Below the pieces are notes generated by a model. It worked only from the letters and a program-made list of their open reading frames with translations. It ran no database searches and was not told the origin of the DNA. Shown here one piece after another: positions 31,275 through 41,264 of a DNA stretch of 64,000 nucleotides. How positions within the stretch are numbered: the stretch's first letter is position 1; every line of letters starts with the position of its first letter. A program made the translations under genes and the position numbers. Origin of the DNA: an uncultured Clostridium sp. (lineage in GTDB: Bacteria > Bacillota > Clostridia > Lachnospirales > Lachnospiraceae). Where the stretch lies: NCBI GenBank assembly GCA_963523075.1, contig CAURBW010000027.1, positions 5,260 to 69,259 of the forward strand. Direction: 5' to 3'.

Positions 31275-32771
31275 TTATTCTCCCGGTCCTGCTTCCGGAC
31301 TATCCCCGGTATCTTCCCATTCAGGTGCTGGTGCTGCTGCGGAATCAGGCGCCTGTGTCGTCTCCTGAGATGGCTGCGTAATAACCTGAGGGACTTCAGA
31401 CGGCTGAACCGGTACCGGCTCTGCAACTGCCGGCGCTGCCGGACCTATTTTTATTATTGCCTTGGATGGATTATAGGTATCTGTATGAAGAATCTCTCTG
31501 CTCTGTTCTGCACCGTCTACATAGACAATCTTCCAGAGTCTTGATTTTATGCCCTTATGAGCAGACTGAACCTGTTTTCTGGTTCCAGGCGGCATAGCAG
31601 GATCCACCATTTCTTTTGGCTCTCCAGGATCTGTTACACTGAGAGTTTCTGAAACAAATTCAAAGGTTCGGTTTGCAGGCCTGGTCTCTTTTCCGTATAT
31701 GGTAAAGGTAAGAGTCCTTCCTGATGTATAACCCTCTACATAAATCGGTGTGCTGTAATTGTTGGTAAGCTTAATGTCTTTATAAGTTCCGGCAATTGCA
31801 GCATCCTCCGACGGTCTCACATAGCTTACCACCATGGAATGATTCTGTCTCTGGCTGATCTCTAACTCTGCCCTGAGTGCGGCATTATAAATCGTAGTGG
31901 CAATCTGGCACACTCCGCCTCCCACGCTGTCAACCACCTGCCCGTTCTCATATGCAGCAGCAGTGGCGTAACCATTGTCTACAGTAAAGGGATGCATGCA
32001 GTCATAGCCGGATAAAGTCTCTCCAGGCATCAGCACATGGCCGTTAATCTTACCTGAACCCACCTGCAGGTTCTTTGATCTGGATGCGCCGCTGGATGAA
32101 AAGTTCGTGGAAAAAGTTCCCAGCACATCCTGGATAGTAGATAAATCTTCCGTTGTAATAGCAGGTTTTACTTCAGCAACAACCGCATTTACTGTAACCG
32201 GATCTTTTAAACCATTTGCCAGAGCCGCATTCAGCGCCTGCTTTGTGGCTTCCACATCTACTGTTTTTCCAATCACAGATGGTGTGACTGTAAATGCTCC
32301 ATTCTGGCGGACAATGGTGGCATTCTTCGGCTCAGTAACCGCAGGAGCACATTTTTCAGCTACAAATGACGCTAACCTGCCATCATCCAGAGCGGTCTCC
32401 AAAGGGATGATCACAGGATTGTGCTCAATATCCTTTTTATTTAAATATCGTTTTAATAAATTCCCCCCCTGCCAGGAGGACGCTGCCTGAGCAACCGCTT
32501 CCGGGTTGCTCCAATGAAACCCCAGATCCTTAGCTGTCGTATCCACCGGCTGTCCATCCACAACCAGTGTGATTTTCTGATTTTCCATCTCATTAACCAG
32601 GCCCTGAACTTTCTGCCCGGCTTCTTCCTCTGTCAAACCGCCCAGATTAAAATCTCCGACATAAATACCGTCCGGAAGCGTATCAGCCATAACGTATGCT
32701 GGTGAGAAAAAACCGATTCCCACTGCCAGCATAGAGGCTGCCAGGCATATGGACAAAGTTTTCTTTTTCAT
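31275..32771 (-). CDS. VanW-family protein with peptidoglycan-binding and G5-like regions
   Basis: Signal peptide; VGGGVCQIATTIYNA, RQNHS, EDAAIA. Confidence 0.85.
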   Translation of the reverse strand: MKKKTLSICLAASMLAVGIGFFSPAYVMADTLPDGIYVGDFNLGGLTEEEAGQKVQGLVNEMENQKITLVVDGQPVDTTAKDLGFHWSNPEAVAQAASSWQGGNLLKRYLNKKDIEHNPVIIPLETALDDGRLASFVAEKCAPAVTEPKNATIVRQNGAFTVTPSVIGKTVDVEATKQALNAALANGLKDPVTVNAVVAEVKPAITTEDLSTIQDVLGTFSTNFSSSGASRSKNLQVGSGKINGHVLMPGETLSGYDCMHPFTVDNGYATAAAYENGQVVDSVGGGVCQIATTIYNAALRAELEISQRQNHSMVVSYVRPSEDAAIAGTYKDIKLTNNYSTPIYVEGYTSGRTLTFTIYGKETRPANRTFEFVSETLSVTDPGEPKEMVDPAMPPGTRKQVQSAHKGIKSRLWKIVYVDGAEQSREILHTDTYNPSKAIIKIGPAAPAVAEPVPVQPSEVPQVITQPSQETTQAPDSAAAPAPEWEDTGDSPEAGPGE

Positions 32772-32825
32772 ATTCGTTCCTCTTACTCTATTGTTTCCGC
32801 TTGGCGGTCTTCCAAGTAAAAACGA

Positions 32826-32939
32826 TTACATAAAACTTAACATCATGGGAAGTACCATTGCTATAATCAATAAAACTACGACTACGATTAAAACTGCTGA
32901 CATTAACTTCTTATTGTTCTTATTATTAAAATTAATCAT
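32826..32939 (-). CDS. 37-aa single-TM small protein (not in ORF track)
   Basis: GAGGTG RBS; MINFNNKNNKKLMSAVLIVVVVLLIIAMVLPMMLSFM. Confidence 0.6.
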   Translation of the reverse strand: MINFNNKNNKKLMSAVLIVVVVLLIIAMVLPMMLSFM

Positions 32940-32954
32940 TTTGTATCACCTCTC

Positions 32955-33662
32955 TTATATTCTTCCATATTGTGCAATGATTTTATCCGTGATTCTGGAT
33001 ATTTCATTTCTGGATAAATGATCCAATTGCACAGATAAAGTTATTTTATGATATTTTAATAAATCCTGCAAGTGTTCTTTTTGTCTGTTTGACGCCGGCT
33101 GTTCCTTTTTTACCTTATAAATCAGCACGTCTGAGTCAAAAGCTTCGGGTTTTGCCCCACTGTACTCCTTTTTCATTGCCTGATACAGCTCATGAGCTGC
33201 AAAAGCATCACATAGAGCACGGTGACTCTGTTTTATTTCTATGCCGAAATACCGGCAGGCTGCAGAAAGACTTTTGGGTCTGTCCTCCGGCATAAATCTT
33301 CTTGCAAGCTTTAACGTATCAATTCCCTGCCGTTCATAGCTTAATCCCCTGTTTACTGCCGCGCGTTTTAAAAAACTGTAATCAAAGATAATATGATGTC
33401 CAAGAATGGGCAGATCTCCTGCAAAATCAAGGAACTGGCCAATTACAGTTTCGATCCCTTCTGCCGGTTTTAGCTGACCGTCAGTAATTCCAGTCAGGGA
33501 GATCACATGCTCCTCCAGACTCCGGTACGGATTTACAAAGCATTCAAACGTATCTCCTGCCTCGCCCTGTGTCACCCGCACTGCACCGATTTCAATAATT
33601 TTATCCCGCTTAGGGTCAAGACCGGTAGTTTCTAAATCCACAGCAACATACGATGATATCAC
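32955..33662 (-). CDS. DEDDh 3'-5' exonuclease (DnaQ/PolC-exo-like)
   Basis: VDLETTG, GHHIIFD, DTL, HRALCDA; GTG start overlapping nth stop (GTGA). Confidence 0.88.
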   Translation of the reverse strand: MISSYVAVDLETTGLDPKRDKIIEIGAVRVTQGEAGDTFECFVNPYRSLEEHVISLTGITDGQLKPAEGIETVIGQFLDFAGDLPILGHHIIFDYSFLKRAAVNRGLSYERQGIDTLKLARRFMPEDRPKSLSAACRYFGIEIKQSHRALCDAFAAHELYQAMKKEYSGAKPEAFDSDVLIYKVKKEQPASNRQKEHLQDLLKYHKITLSVQLDHLSRNEISRITDKIIAQYGRI

Positions 33663-34354
33663 GTCCTGTTCTTCCTCTCCTCTTTTTCCCCTGTCACAGC
33701 ACTGGGACACAGCTCCTTTAAAAAGCAGTCTCTGCATTTGGGATTTCTTGCTATGCAGATGGATCTTCCCAGCGTGATAATCTGAATGTTCCACAGAATC
33801 CAGTGATCTCTTGGCAGTATCTCCATCAGTTCATACTCAATTTTTTCCGGATCATCGGACTTGGCAAATCCCAGTTTTTTCGATATCCGCTTTACATGGG
33901 TGTCAACCACAATACTCGGTTCAAAATAAATATTCCCCAGTATAACATTAGCTGTTTTTCTCCCCACTCCCGCAAGGCTTGTCAGTTCATCCATGGTCTT
34001 TGGAACTTCACCGCCGTACTTCTCCATCAGGTCCGTACAGCAGGAAATAATATTTTTGGCCTTCATATGATAAAATCCCAGGGAATGGATATCCTGCTCC
34101 AGCTCTTTTAAATCAGCCTTAGCAAATTTCTCAGGCGAGTCGTACTTCTGAAATAAATCTGCAGTCACCATATTAACTCTGGCATCGGTACACTGGGCGC
34201 TTAAAATAACCGCAATCAGCAGCTGCCATGGTGTCTCATGGTTTAAATAACAGATATATTCCGTTCCGTATTCCCGGTCAAGAGCCTCTAAAACTCTAAT
34301 TACTCTGGCTTTTTTCTCCGCTTTTGTCTCTTTTTTAGCCATCATCTCCTCCAT
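33659..34354 (-). CDS. nth: Endonuclease III
   Basis: LSAQCTD, HhH LAGVGRKTAN, VDTH, C-x6-C-x2-C-x5-C iron-sulfur motif. Confidence 0.95.
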   Translation of the reverse strand: MEEMMAKKETKAEKKARVIRVLEALDREYGTEYICYLNHETPWQLLIAVILSAQCTDARVNMVTADLFQKYDSPEKFAKADLKELEQDIHSLGFYHMKAKNIISCCTDLMEKYGGEVPKTMDELTSLAGVGRKTANVILGNIYFEPSIVVDTHVKRISKKLGFAKSDDPEKIEYELMEILPRDHWILWNIQIITLGRSICIARNPKCRDCFLKELCPSAVTGEKEERKNRT

Positions 34355-35370
34355 ATGCCAAGCTCGTGAACTGCTGCATTATGGGAAAGCACATCCCTCC
34401 TTCTGTAATCAAAAAGAACTGCTCTTCCATCATGAAATACTTCCACATGAGCCATCTTTATCAGCTGTCTGGCCTCAAATCCCTCATAACCTTCTTTTAA
34501 GTAACGATATTGAACCGCCTCATCAGCAAAAAATGCCTTTATCTGATCCTTATAAGGCTCCTGATCAGCGGAAAAAACAGGACGGCTTTTCAAATTTTCC
34601 CTCAGAAATAAGTCATATACCAGAATATCTCTGTAATAAGACTGCTTTTCGGGAATCCGAAGGCTGATAAACTTCTCTAATATCTCGTACCTCGCCATTC
34701 GGCTGTGGCTTAGCTTTGACAATTCCTGTTTATCATAATATTCAGCCAGTGCCTCAAACATATCAAAGGGAGTATCAAATTCCCTGCAAAGTTCTTCCAT
34801 TGTCGTTTGAAACTGTCCGCTGTTTCCATAAACCTCCAGCATCTCTTCCAAGCCCTTTAATTTAAGTACCTCTCCATAGTCAAGCCATCGGGTGGATAAT
34901 ACCTCATAAGGAGGCTTTTCCTTATAACGAATCTCATAATCTCCTGCCTTCTGCGACATATAGGAACCCTTTAATACCTTTAAAAATCCCAGCTGAAGTT
35001 GCTCCGGCTTCATATCATAAACCTGGTTAAAGGAGCGTCGAAAGCTTTCATAATTTTCAAAGGGAAGTCCCGCAATCAGGTCCAGGTGCTGGTGAATGGT
35101 CCCATAGCTGTTTATGATCTCCACATTCTTCCTTAATACAGACAGATCCATACTCCGGTGAATCTCCATAATGGTGGTTTCATTGGTACTCTGTACCCCG
35201 ATCTCCAGCTGAATCAGTCCGGGCCTCATGCGTGACATCAGCTGTAATTCATCCTGGTTCAGCAAATCCGCGGAAATCTCAAAATGGAAATTAGTTACCC
35301 CATTATCATGCTCAATTAAATATTCCCAGATGCGAAATGAGTGGTCCCTGCTGCAGTTAAAGGTTCTGTC
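34342..35370 (-). pseudogene. 3' portion of a B12-binding/radical-SAM (DUF4080-type) gene interrupted by the prophage
   Basis: Begins at DRTFN; FHFEI, LEIGVQS, HLDLIAGLP, QLGFLKVLKGS present; CxxxCxxC and N-terminal domains absent; abuts the integrase. Confidence 0.8.
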
Positions 35371-36982
35371 CCCTACCTTGTACATACTGTAAGAAGTCTT
35401 TTCCTGCTATAATTGCCCCTGCTATTAAATCCAATTCTATAACCATGTGCTCTCCAGATACCGTTATCCGCTTCATATGCTGGATAAGAAACTCTAACCG
35501 ATTACTATTAAAATCATCTGTAACAATCCACTCCTCCAGCTCTGTATCAATATCCTCAATCACTCTTTTTATTTCCTGTACTTCCTCATCTGTATCCTCT
35601 GGAGGGAGATCTAATTTTAACACTCCGATCCTATCCTCAATTTCTTTATACTTCTTTTTGTAATCATCCTTAGATATTATTTCCTCCAGAAATGCCTCTG
35701 TGAGCTTGTCCTTACGCCTTTCCTGCCGTTTAACCTCCTCTAGGGTAGACTTGTTAGGGTTAAATCCTTTAAGGCTCCTTATAAGGCTATTTAGCCATTC
35801 TAAAATTTCCTTTTTTACTACAGCCTTATTTACCACCACTAAATCATCCGCTATCTGGGTTAGTACTGCCATAATATACTCATTATTGATATTAGGTGCA
35901 TCACAGCCTTTAGATGCATCTCTAAGCCCTAAATCGTTCCCTCCTTTTTTCCTGTTGGTTTTTCTCCCATCTCTACAGTATGTAGAGCATTTCCAGAAAA
36001 GGGAGGGATCCTTAGTACGCCTTTCATACTTCCAGTATACTTTATCACATTCTCCGCAAAATATCTTCCCACTAAGAGGATGATCTCCAATTTTTCTCCC
36101 TCTGCATCCAGCTTTATCTACCCTCGCCTCCAGTATATCTAAAATTTGAGTATACATTTCTTCTGTGTAAATGGGAGGTACCCTGTTAGGAAAGTACACC
36201 CACTCACTTTCTGGATTTTTAACGGTTTTCTTTCTCTCAAAATCATAGTGAGTTTTATTAGTAACCACCGTACCTATATTTTTAGGATCGGTAATCATAT
36301 TACGGATAGTAACCTCATTAAATTCTCTACCCTCTCTATTATGGTAGCCCTTAGCAGTTAAGATCCTGCGAATATTTCTAAGTCCATTCCCCTCTAAATA
36401 GAGTTTTCCTGCCAGCAACTTTATCTTAGCCTCATCTTTATTGATAACATATTCTCCGTTAATAAAATCCCAGCCATAGCAAATACCATTAGAGTATAGA
36501 GATAGCTTTTCCCCTTTTTGTGCTCTCTCCACTCTCCTCCGATTAGAGTTATTTATTTTCTTTGATAAGTTTCTGGAGTACTCCTCTGCCATAATAGCCT
36601 TAACCCCTGTAATAAGGCTATTATCTGGAGTGTACCAGCTTCTATCCAAATACATATATAACAATTTTCCCTGCGTTACAAGTCTATCCACAAATAGGTA
36701 CCAATCCTTTGTAGATCTCATAAGCCTATCTTGATCCTTTATACACACAACGTCAAATTTATCTGTAAGCAGATCATCATAGAGCCTTTTATACTCATCC
36801 CTACCCTTTACCTTAGTACCGCTTTTGCCCTCGTCCACATAACTATCTACATGGTCCCAGTCCATCTCATTTATAGTATCTTTATTTTCCTGTATCTGCC
36901 TTTCTAAGGCGTTGAGCTGTTTTTCTTCCTCTGTAGATACTCTATCATAATCAACCGCTTTTAATTTATTCTCCTGCACCAT
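35357..36982 (-). CDS. Large serine recombinase (prophage integrase)
   Basis: YDRVST catalytic motif, DRLMR, recombinase domain, LSGKIFCGEC zinc ribbon, coiled coil. Confidence 0.93.
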   Translation of the reverse strand: MVQENKLKAVDYDRVSTEEEKQLNALERQIQENKDTINEMDWDHVDSYVDEGKSGTKVKGRDEYKRLYDDLLTDKFDVVCIKDQDRLMRSTKDWYLFVDRLVTQGKLLYMYLDRSWYTPDNSLITGVKAIMAEEYSRNLSKKINNSNRRRVERAQKGEKLSLYSNGICYGWDFINGEYVINKDEAKIKLLAGKLYLEGNGLRNIRRILTAKGYHNREGREFNEVTIRNMITDPKNIGTVVTNKTHYDFERKKTVKNPESEWVYFPNRVPPIYTEEMYTQILDILEARVDKAGCRGRKIGDHPLSGKIFCGECDKVYWKYERRTKDPSLFWKCSTYCRDGRKTNRKKGGNDLGLRDASKGCDAPNINNEYIMAVLTQIADDLVVVNKAVVKKEILEWLNSLIRSLKGFNPNKSTLEEVKRQERRKDKLTEAFLEEIISKDDYKKKYKEIEDRIGVLKLDLPPEDTDEEVQEIKRVIEDIDTELEEWIVTDDFNSNRLEFLIQHMKRITVSGEHMVIELDLIAGAIIAGKDFLQYVQGRGQNL

Positions 36983-37016
36983 TCTGTACCACTCCTTTTA
37001 ACTCTATGGTATGTAG

Positions 37017-37045
37017 ATTATACACCCCTTATATAATTTATGCAA
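37017..37045 (-). promoter_or_regulatory. Sigma-A promoter of the integrase
   Basis: TTGCAT (37045-37040), 17 nt, TATAAT (37022-37017); GGAGTG RBS downstream. Confidence 0.75.
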
Positions 37046-37047
37046 CT

Positions 37048-37087
37048 AAAAAAAGAGGGGTACCAGTCTTAAGCCAGTATCCCTCTA
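37048..37087 (-). terminator. Terminator after endolysin
   Basis: Minus strand agagggatactgg...ctggtacccctct followed by a T run. Confidence 0.75.
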
Positions 37088-37116
37088 AGAAATATATAAT
37101 GAATTTAAGGAGTGCC

Positions 37117-38019
37117 TTACGGTAATTTAATAACCTGCCCTACATTGATGAGATTTTTATTTTTAATCCCATTTAGAGATACCAGCGTATCTACAGTAGT
37201 ACCATTTGCTTTAGCTATTTTACCAAGAGTATCTCCTGCCTTAACCGTATATGTTTTTACGGAAGATCCAGCCCCAGAAATATCTCCAGCATTTACCCAG
37301 CCATACACAGTAGAGCCTTTCCCTGCCACCGCTTTTAAATGATAAGGATGAGCGTTACCTGCGGATACAGCAGTTACTTTAGCCTGCCCTGCCTTACACG
37401 CCTTAGCCACACCATTAGCATAGGAGCTTGTATAGTGGAGGCACCCTGTAAAGTTTACAGTATCTCCTACAGAATAGGCTCCATTGGAGGCTGTAGAGCC
37501 AGAATTGGTAGCAACTCTAGGATTACCAGAAACTACTACTACTGTATGCCCTTTTGTCTTTGTTACTAAGATATCTCCGTTATATAGAGTGGTGGAAGAG
37601 GTAACAGCTACCTTACTCTCAAACATTCCTGTAGCTCCTAATACAGTAGCCTCATTCCCAGTAGTAAAATCTCCTACCTCAATTCCTGCCTCAATACAGC
37701 AAGCCCTTACAAGGGAGCTACAATCACCCTCTGTAGCTACTGCTATTTTAGCAAGGGAGCCGTATGCTTTTAACTGTGTAATAACTCCATTACGGTTACT
37801 TTGATCGTATCCGATATTATCATTATTACAAGCACTTAGCATAGCATTAGCTATAACATTAGCTATCTCCACGCTTTTAGGACGTAACAAGTACCAGCCT
37901 TTACTATGTACATAATAATCCTGCGTACTTACCTCTTTTCCTGTCTGATCTCCTGTTTTTCCTCCTGTAGCATTTCCGTTTTCATCAATCCTTGCGGATC
38001 CTACTTTTAAATTTGCCAT
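37117..38019 (-). CDS. Endolysin (NlpC/P60-like catalytic domain + LysM)
   Basis: IGYDQ, DCSSLV, GHTVVV; C-terminal YTVKAGDTL...[12 protein letters not shown]; after holin. Confidence 0.82.
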   Translation of the reverse strand: MANLKVGSARIDENGNATGGKTGDQTGKEVSTQDYYVHSKGWYLLRPKSVEIANVIANAMLSACNNDNIGYDQSNRNGVITQLKAYGSLAKIAVATEGDCSSLVRACCIEAGIEVGDFTTGNEATVLGATGMFESKVAVTSSTTLYNGDILVTKTKGHTVVVVSGNPRVATNSGSTASNGAYSVGDTVNFTGCLHYTSSYANGVAKACKAGQAKVTAVSAGNAHPYHLKAVAGKGSTVYGWVNAGDISGAGSSVKTYTVKAGDTLGKIAKANGTTVDTLVSLNGIKNKNLINVGQVIKLP

Positions 38020-38079
38020 TTTAAAATCCTCCTTATAATTTGCACAAAAAAAGGAGAGCTTTTATACTCTCCTGCCTGC

Positions 38080-38391
38080 TTATTTTAATTTCAATGTTTT
38101 CAACTGCTCCAACATTTGAATTACCTTATCATATCCCAGCATAGCACCTACCCATACCGCAATAGCCATTAATGCCATACACAGGACGTTTGTTAAGGTA
38201 AATGCTATCCCTAAAAACAGATAAGCTAAAGCTGTACCTCCAACGCCTACAATAACTGCCACCACAAGAACCACCATATTAGAAGAATAGGTTTTCTTAG
38301 CGTCATCCAAAAACTTTTTTACCGCCTCTGTAATGAGGGATACTGCTACTGCTAATATTACAATAAGTGCCATAAATAATGATAATGTCAT
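38080..38391 (-). CDS. Holin-like three-TM protein
   Basis: Three hydrophobic segments; directly upstream of endolysin. Confidence 0.72.
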   Translation of the reverse strand: MTLSLFMALIVILAVAVSLITEAVKKFLDDAKKTYSSNMVVLVVAVIVGVGGTALAYLFLGIAFTLTNVLCMALMAIAVWVGAMLGYDKVIQMLEQLKTLKLK

Positions 38392-38405
38392 TTTGTTGTT
38401 CCTCC

Positions 38406-38846
38406 TTAATAATTTTCTATGTCTATATCTTTTTGTATTGCCTCTTCTAAGGCTCCGTCCAGCTTACTCTCCATCATGTTATCTATTTTATTTATTTCAT
38501 CCATACAGATCATGTAAGCCTCCTCTGGGATCTTATCCTTTAGTTTTAACTCCAGCCTAAGCCTAAGTAACACAAAACGGATCCTACCCTTAGATAAATT
38601 TTCTATCTTTGCTTTATTCAGATAGAAAATTATGGAGGCTCCAAAAATACCCCCAGTAGTTACAATTTGTTGTGTGGCGTAACTGCTAACATCATAGCCA
38701 GCTCTTACCCCTGCTCTTATGTCTAAGAGAGTATAGATAAAAAGTATGCCTGTGACAATAACAATTTTCTTAGCAAACTCCATGCCACGCTTAGAATTTG
38801 CCGTAGATAAGCTGGATCCCCTCCTTTGGCTTTTGCCTCTTGACAT
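38406..38846 (-). CDS. Two-TM lysis-region protein
   Basis: AAGGAG RBS before MSRGK; EFAKKIV, FYLNKAKIEN. Confidence 0.6.
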   Translation of the reverse strand: MSRGKSQRRGSSLSTANSKRGMEFAKKIVIVTGILFIYTLLDIRAGVRAGYDVSSYATQQIVTTGGIFGASIIFYLNKAKIENLSKGRIRFVLLRLRLELKLKDKIPEEAYMICMDEINKIDNMMESKLDGALEEAIQKDIDIENY

Positions 38847-38860
38847 ATTAACACGCTCCT

Positions 38861-39172
38861 TTATTTCAGTCCTACCCCAACCGCTAAGTATCCTAAGACA
38901 ATGGTTACTAATCCTGCTACAATGAGCCACTTAAATTTCTCCCACTTATCTATGTCTTTACTTTCCAGCTTATTTAGTCTGGCTATGGTTTCATTCAGAT
39001 CCTCACGCATATACTTAACCTCTGTAGCCAGCTCTTTTATAGCACCTATGAGGCTATTATTTTCTTTAATTTCCTCATCGTGCTCATCCAGCCTATGAGT
39101 ATTACTGCTACTCCGTTGCTCTACTGCGGTAAGCCTACGCTCTATCTCCAAAAACTTCTCTGCACCGTCCAT
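38861..39172 (-). CDS. XhlA/hemolysin-like lysis protein
   Basis: RLTAVEQRSSSNTHRLD coiled coil plus C-terminal TM. Confidence 0.72.
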   Translation of the reverse strand: MDGAEKFLEIERRLTAVEQRSSSNTHRLDEHDEEIKENNSLIGAIKELATEVKYMREDLNETIARLNKLESKDIDKWEKFKWLIVAGLVTIVLGYLAVGVGLK

Positions 39173-39217
39173 TAGATCCTCCTTTCCGCCATAATAAGAG
39201 GGAGCTTTTTAGGCTCC

Positions 39218-39394
39218 CTACTCTTCTAATACTATTGCTCCCTCATATCCGTCTGATTTAAGGATCTCATCCACTCCAGTTTTATAGTTCTTATAGAGCT
39301 TTGTATAAACAAAGTATTTACGATAAAGTTCTTGCCCCTCTTCTAAGGTGCTATCTGTACTCTGTTTAATCATTCTTGCTACAAAATTCTGCAT
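39218..39394 (-). CDS. 58-aa small phage protein (not in ORF track)
   Basis: GGAGGT RBS; MQNFVARMIKQ...YKTGVDEILKSDGYEGAIVLEE; followed by a hairpin. Confidence 0.75.
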   Translation of the reverse strand: MQNFVARMIKQSTDSTLEEGQELYRKYFVYTKLYKNYKTGVDEILKSDGYEGAIVLEE

Positions 39395-39407
39395 ACTTGC
39401 TTACCTC

Positions 39408-39683
39408 CTATTCTCCCAGTAAATTAGGGATAATGTCTGTTAATATGCTATTTACTGCCTCTCCCAGCTCTGTATTTTCCTTTGAAATGAGGGCTATGTA
39501 CTCATCCTTTTCATACACCAACTGCTCCTCAATCTCAAAACCGTTAAAGCCTCCAGCCATTCCCTCCTCTGTAGCCTCCTCATGAATTTCCTTAATACCT
39601 TTATTAAGGATTACATGGTAATCATCCGTTTCAAGCGACAGCACTTCTGGAGCTGTGCTCCTTACATTTACATATTTCTGCAT
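39408..39683 (-). CDS. Acidic 91-aa phage protein overlapping the RT 3' end
   Basis: AGGAGGT RBS inside RT; YEKDEYI motif; position expected for a tail-fibre-associated protein. Confidence 0.75.
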   Translation of the reverse strand: MQKYVNVRSTAPEVLSLETDDYHVILNKGIKEIHEEATEEGMAGGFNGFEIEEQLVYEKDEYIALISKENTELGEAVNSILTDIIPNLLGE

Positions 39684-40887
39684 TACCTTTTACCTCCTTT
39701 AAGTAATAATTGTGCATATATTCTACATTAGGAGCTACATACTTTTGATACAGCCTATAGCCATCACATTGCTTTAGCCACCCAACATAGCTATTAAATG
39801 AACACCACTCACTAAAAGTAGGGCTCATATTATTTTCTCTCTTGTATGAAATTGAGAGCATTCTTTTCTTAAGCCGTTTGCAAGTAGACTTTCTTAAAAG
39901 TGTGTATTCTCCAAAAAATCTATAACCTACAAAATCAATACCTCTCACCTTTGAGGGAAATACCTGCCAATTATGCTTTAAAACCTGCTTTAGGTTATCC
40001 GCCATAAATTCATCAATCTCTTTTTTCAACTTATGCAATTCTTCCTTAGAGCTACCAAAGATAACCATATCATCCATGTACCTAAAATAATACTTAACTC
40101 CTTTTACCTCTTTGATCCAATGATCCAGCGGAGATAAATTAAAATTCCCGTCATACTGTGAAACATAATTTCCAATCGGTATACCTACACCGTCTATAAA
40201 CTCTCTGCTGTCACTATCAACAGTGATATTTACCAATACCCCAAACTGCTCTAAGACTTCTATATTTTCCTCTGTGGCTGGACAAGTGCTAATACTGTCT
40301 ATAATTTCATCCATTAACCATATAAGATCCTCGTCCTTAAAGAGCTCCCTGTACCTCTTTTTGAGTACATCATGCACTATTGTAGGATAATACTTTCTTA
40401 CGTCCAATTTCAGACAGTAGGCTGTATTCTCTGGATCTGATATTAGAATACTGGGGATCCATTTCTTACTAACCTTATCATCTTTTTTAACTACTTTTTC
40501 ATAGCCTCGTAGCTGATCTATTATAGGCTGTATTCCCCTTTTTGGAATTGCACTGTATGTATCCGTTGTCATAGTCTTTAATAAATAAGGCTCTATTACC
40601 TGCAATATAGCCCATTGACATATCCGATCTGGATAATAAGGTAACTTATATATCTCCCTCTCTTTCTTCCCCTCCTGCTTAGTAAAGATTTCATAATCAG
40701 AGGTTTTATAAGTGTGCTCCATAAGACTACTCTGTAATTTCTCCAGAGCTTTATCAAGGTTTTTTTCAACCTGTTTCACCTCTTGATACCAGCCCTTTCC
40801 TTTCTTTGCATTTCTATGGGCTTTCTTAAGGTTATCCATATCACAGATTTTAGAAAATAAATCTCCTGTACCTTTCATATTACACAC
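39631..40887 (-). CDS. DGR reverse transcriptase
   Basis: PDRI, CLKLDVRKYY, GIPIGNYVSQ (DGR-type SQ), FRYMDD, GIDFVGY; adjacent TR/VR pair; start may be ATG at 40878. Confidence 0.96.
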   Translation of the reverse strand: MCNMKGTGDLFSKICDMDNLKKAHRNAKKGKGWYQEVKQVEKNLDKALEKLQSSLMEHTYKTSDYEIFTKQEGKKEREIYKLPYYPDRICQWAILQVIEPYLLKTMTTDTYSAIPKRGIQPIIDQLRGYEKVVKKDDKVSKKWIPSILISDPENTAYCLKLDVRKYYPTIVHDVLKKRYRELFKDEDLIWLMDEIIDSISTCPATEENIEVLEQFGVLVNITVDSDSREFIDGVGIPIGNYVSQYDGNFNLSPLDHWIKEVKGVKYYFRYMDDMVIFGSSKEELHKLKKEIDEFMADNLKQVLKHNWQVFPSKVRGIDFVGYRFFGEYTLLRKSTCKRLKKRMLSISYKRENNMSPTFSEWCSFNSYVGWLKQCDGYRLYQKYVAPNVEYMHNYYLKEVKGNAEICKCKEHSSRSAVA

Positions 40888-41139
40888 CCAACCTCATTGT
40901 ATTTGTATGTGCATAAAGGAGAGCCAGCTACCTACCATAGCACCACCCGTACACATGGCTAGAGTAATCGGTAAAAGGTTTACAAGATTTCTCTTGCACA
41001 TAGGCACCCCTTTATACTCTTTTTACCAACCCCTCAAAAAAGAGGTTTTTTATGTTTTGCCAAGAGGCAAGGTAGTTACTACTCACTTAGGTATTTCTAA
41101 GTGTCGTGGTTAAACACTAATTCCCTTATTTTTTTGTAT
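40888..41139 (-). ncRNA. DGR spacer region (structured RNA between TR and RT)
   Basis: No minus-strand ORF in track; hairpins CACTTAG/CTAAGTG (41084-41103) and TTGCC-TCTT-GGCAA (41057-41070); long-range complementarities to TR flanks. Confidence 0.65.
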
Positions 41140-41264
41140 GCACATATAGTAAGTGACTGCTGATATTCCGATTACGATTAGAGGAGCCATTATTCAAATT
41201 AATAGTCCATGCTCCACAATTGGAGCCATTATTCCATTTACCCCCTAATTTAGTAATGAGAAAA
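41140..41264 (-). repeat. DGR template repeat (TR)
   Basis: 125-bp ungapped match to 41444-41568; 26 mismatches, all at TR adenines; nine AAT codons in target frame. Confidence 0.97.

Noticed and set aside
31275..32771. Vancomycin resistance cluster
   Set aside because: Lone VanW-family gene without vanHAX or vanRS context
33663..33794. N-terminal extension of the exonuclease ORF
   Set aside because: Overlaps nth; GTG at 33662 has an RBS and stop-start coupling
39631..40887. RT as group II intron, retron or Abi RT
   Set aside because: IGNxxSQ motif and an adjacent adenine-specific TR/VR pair identify a DGR; no recognisable intron or retron hallmarks
40907..41113. 68-aa plus-strand ORF as an Avd candidate
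   Set aside because: Antisense to the DGR transcript, too short, no Avd-like features; overlaps the structured spacer
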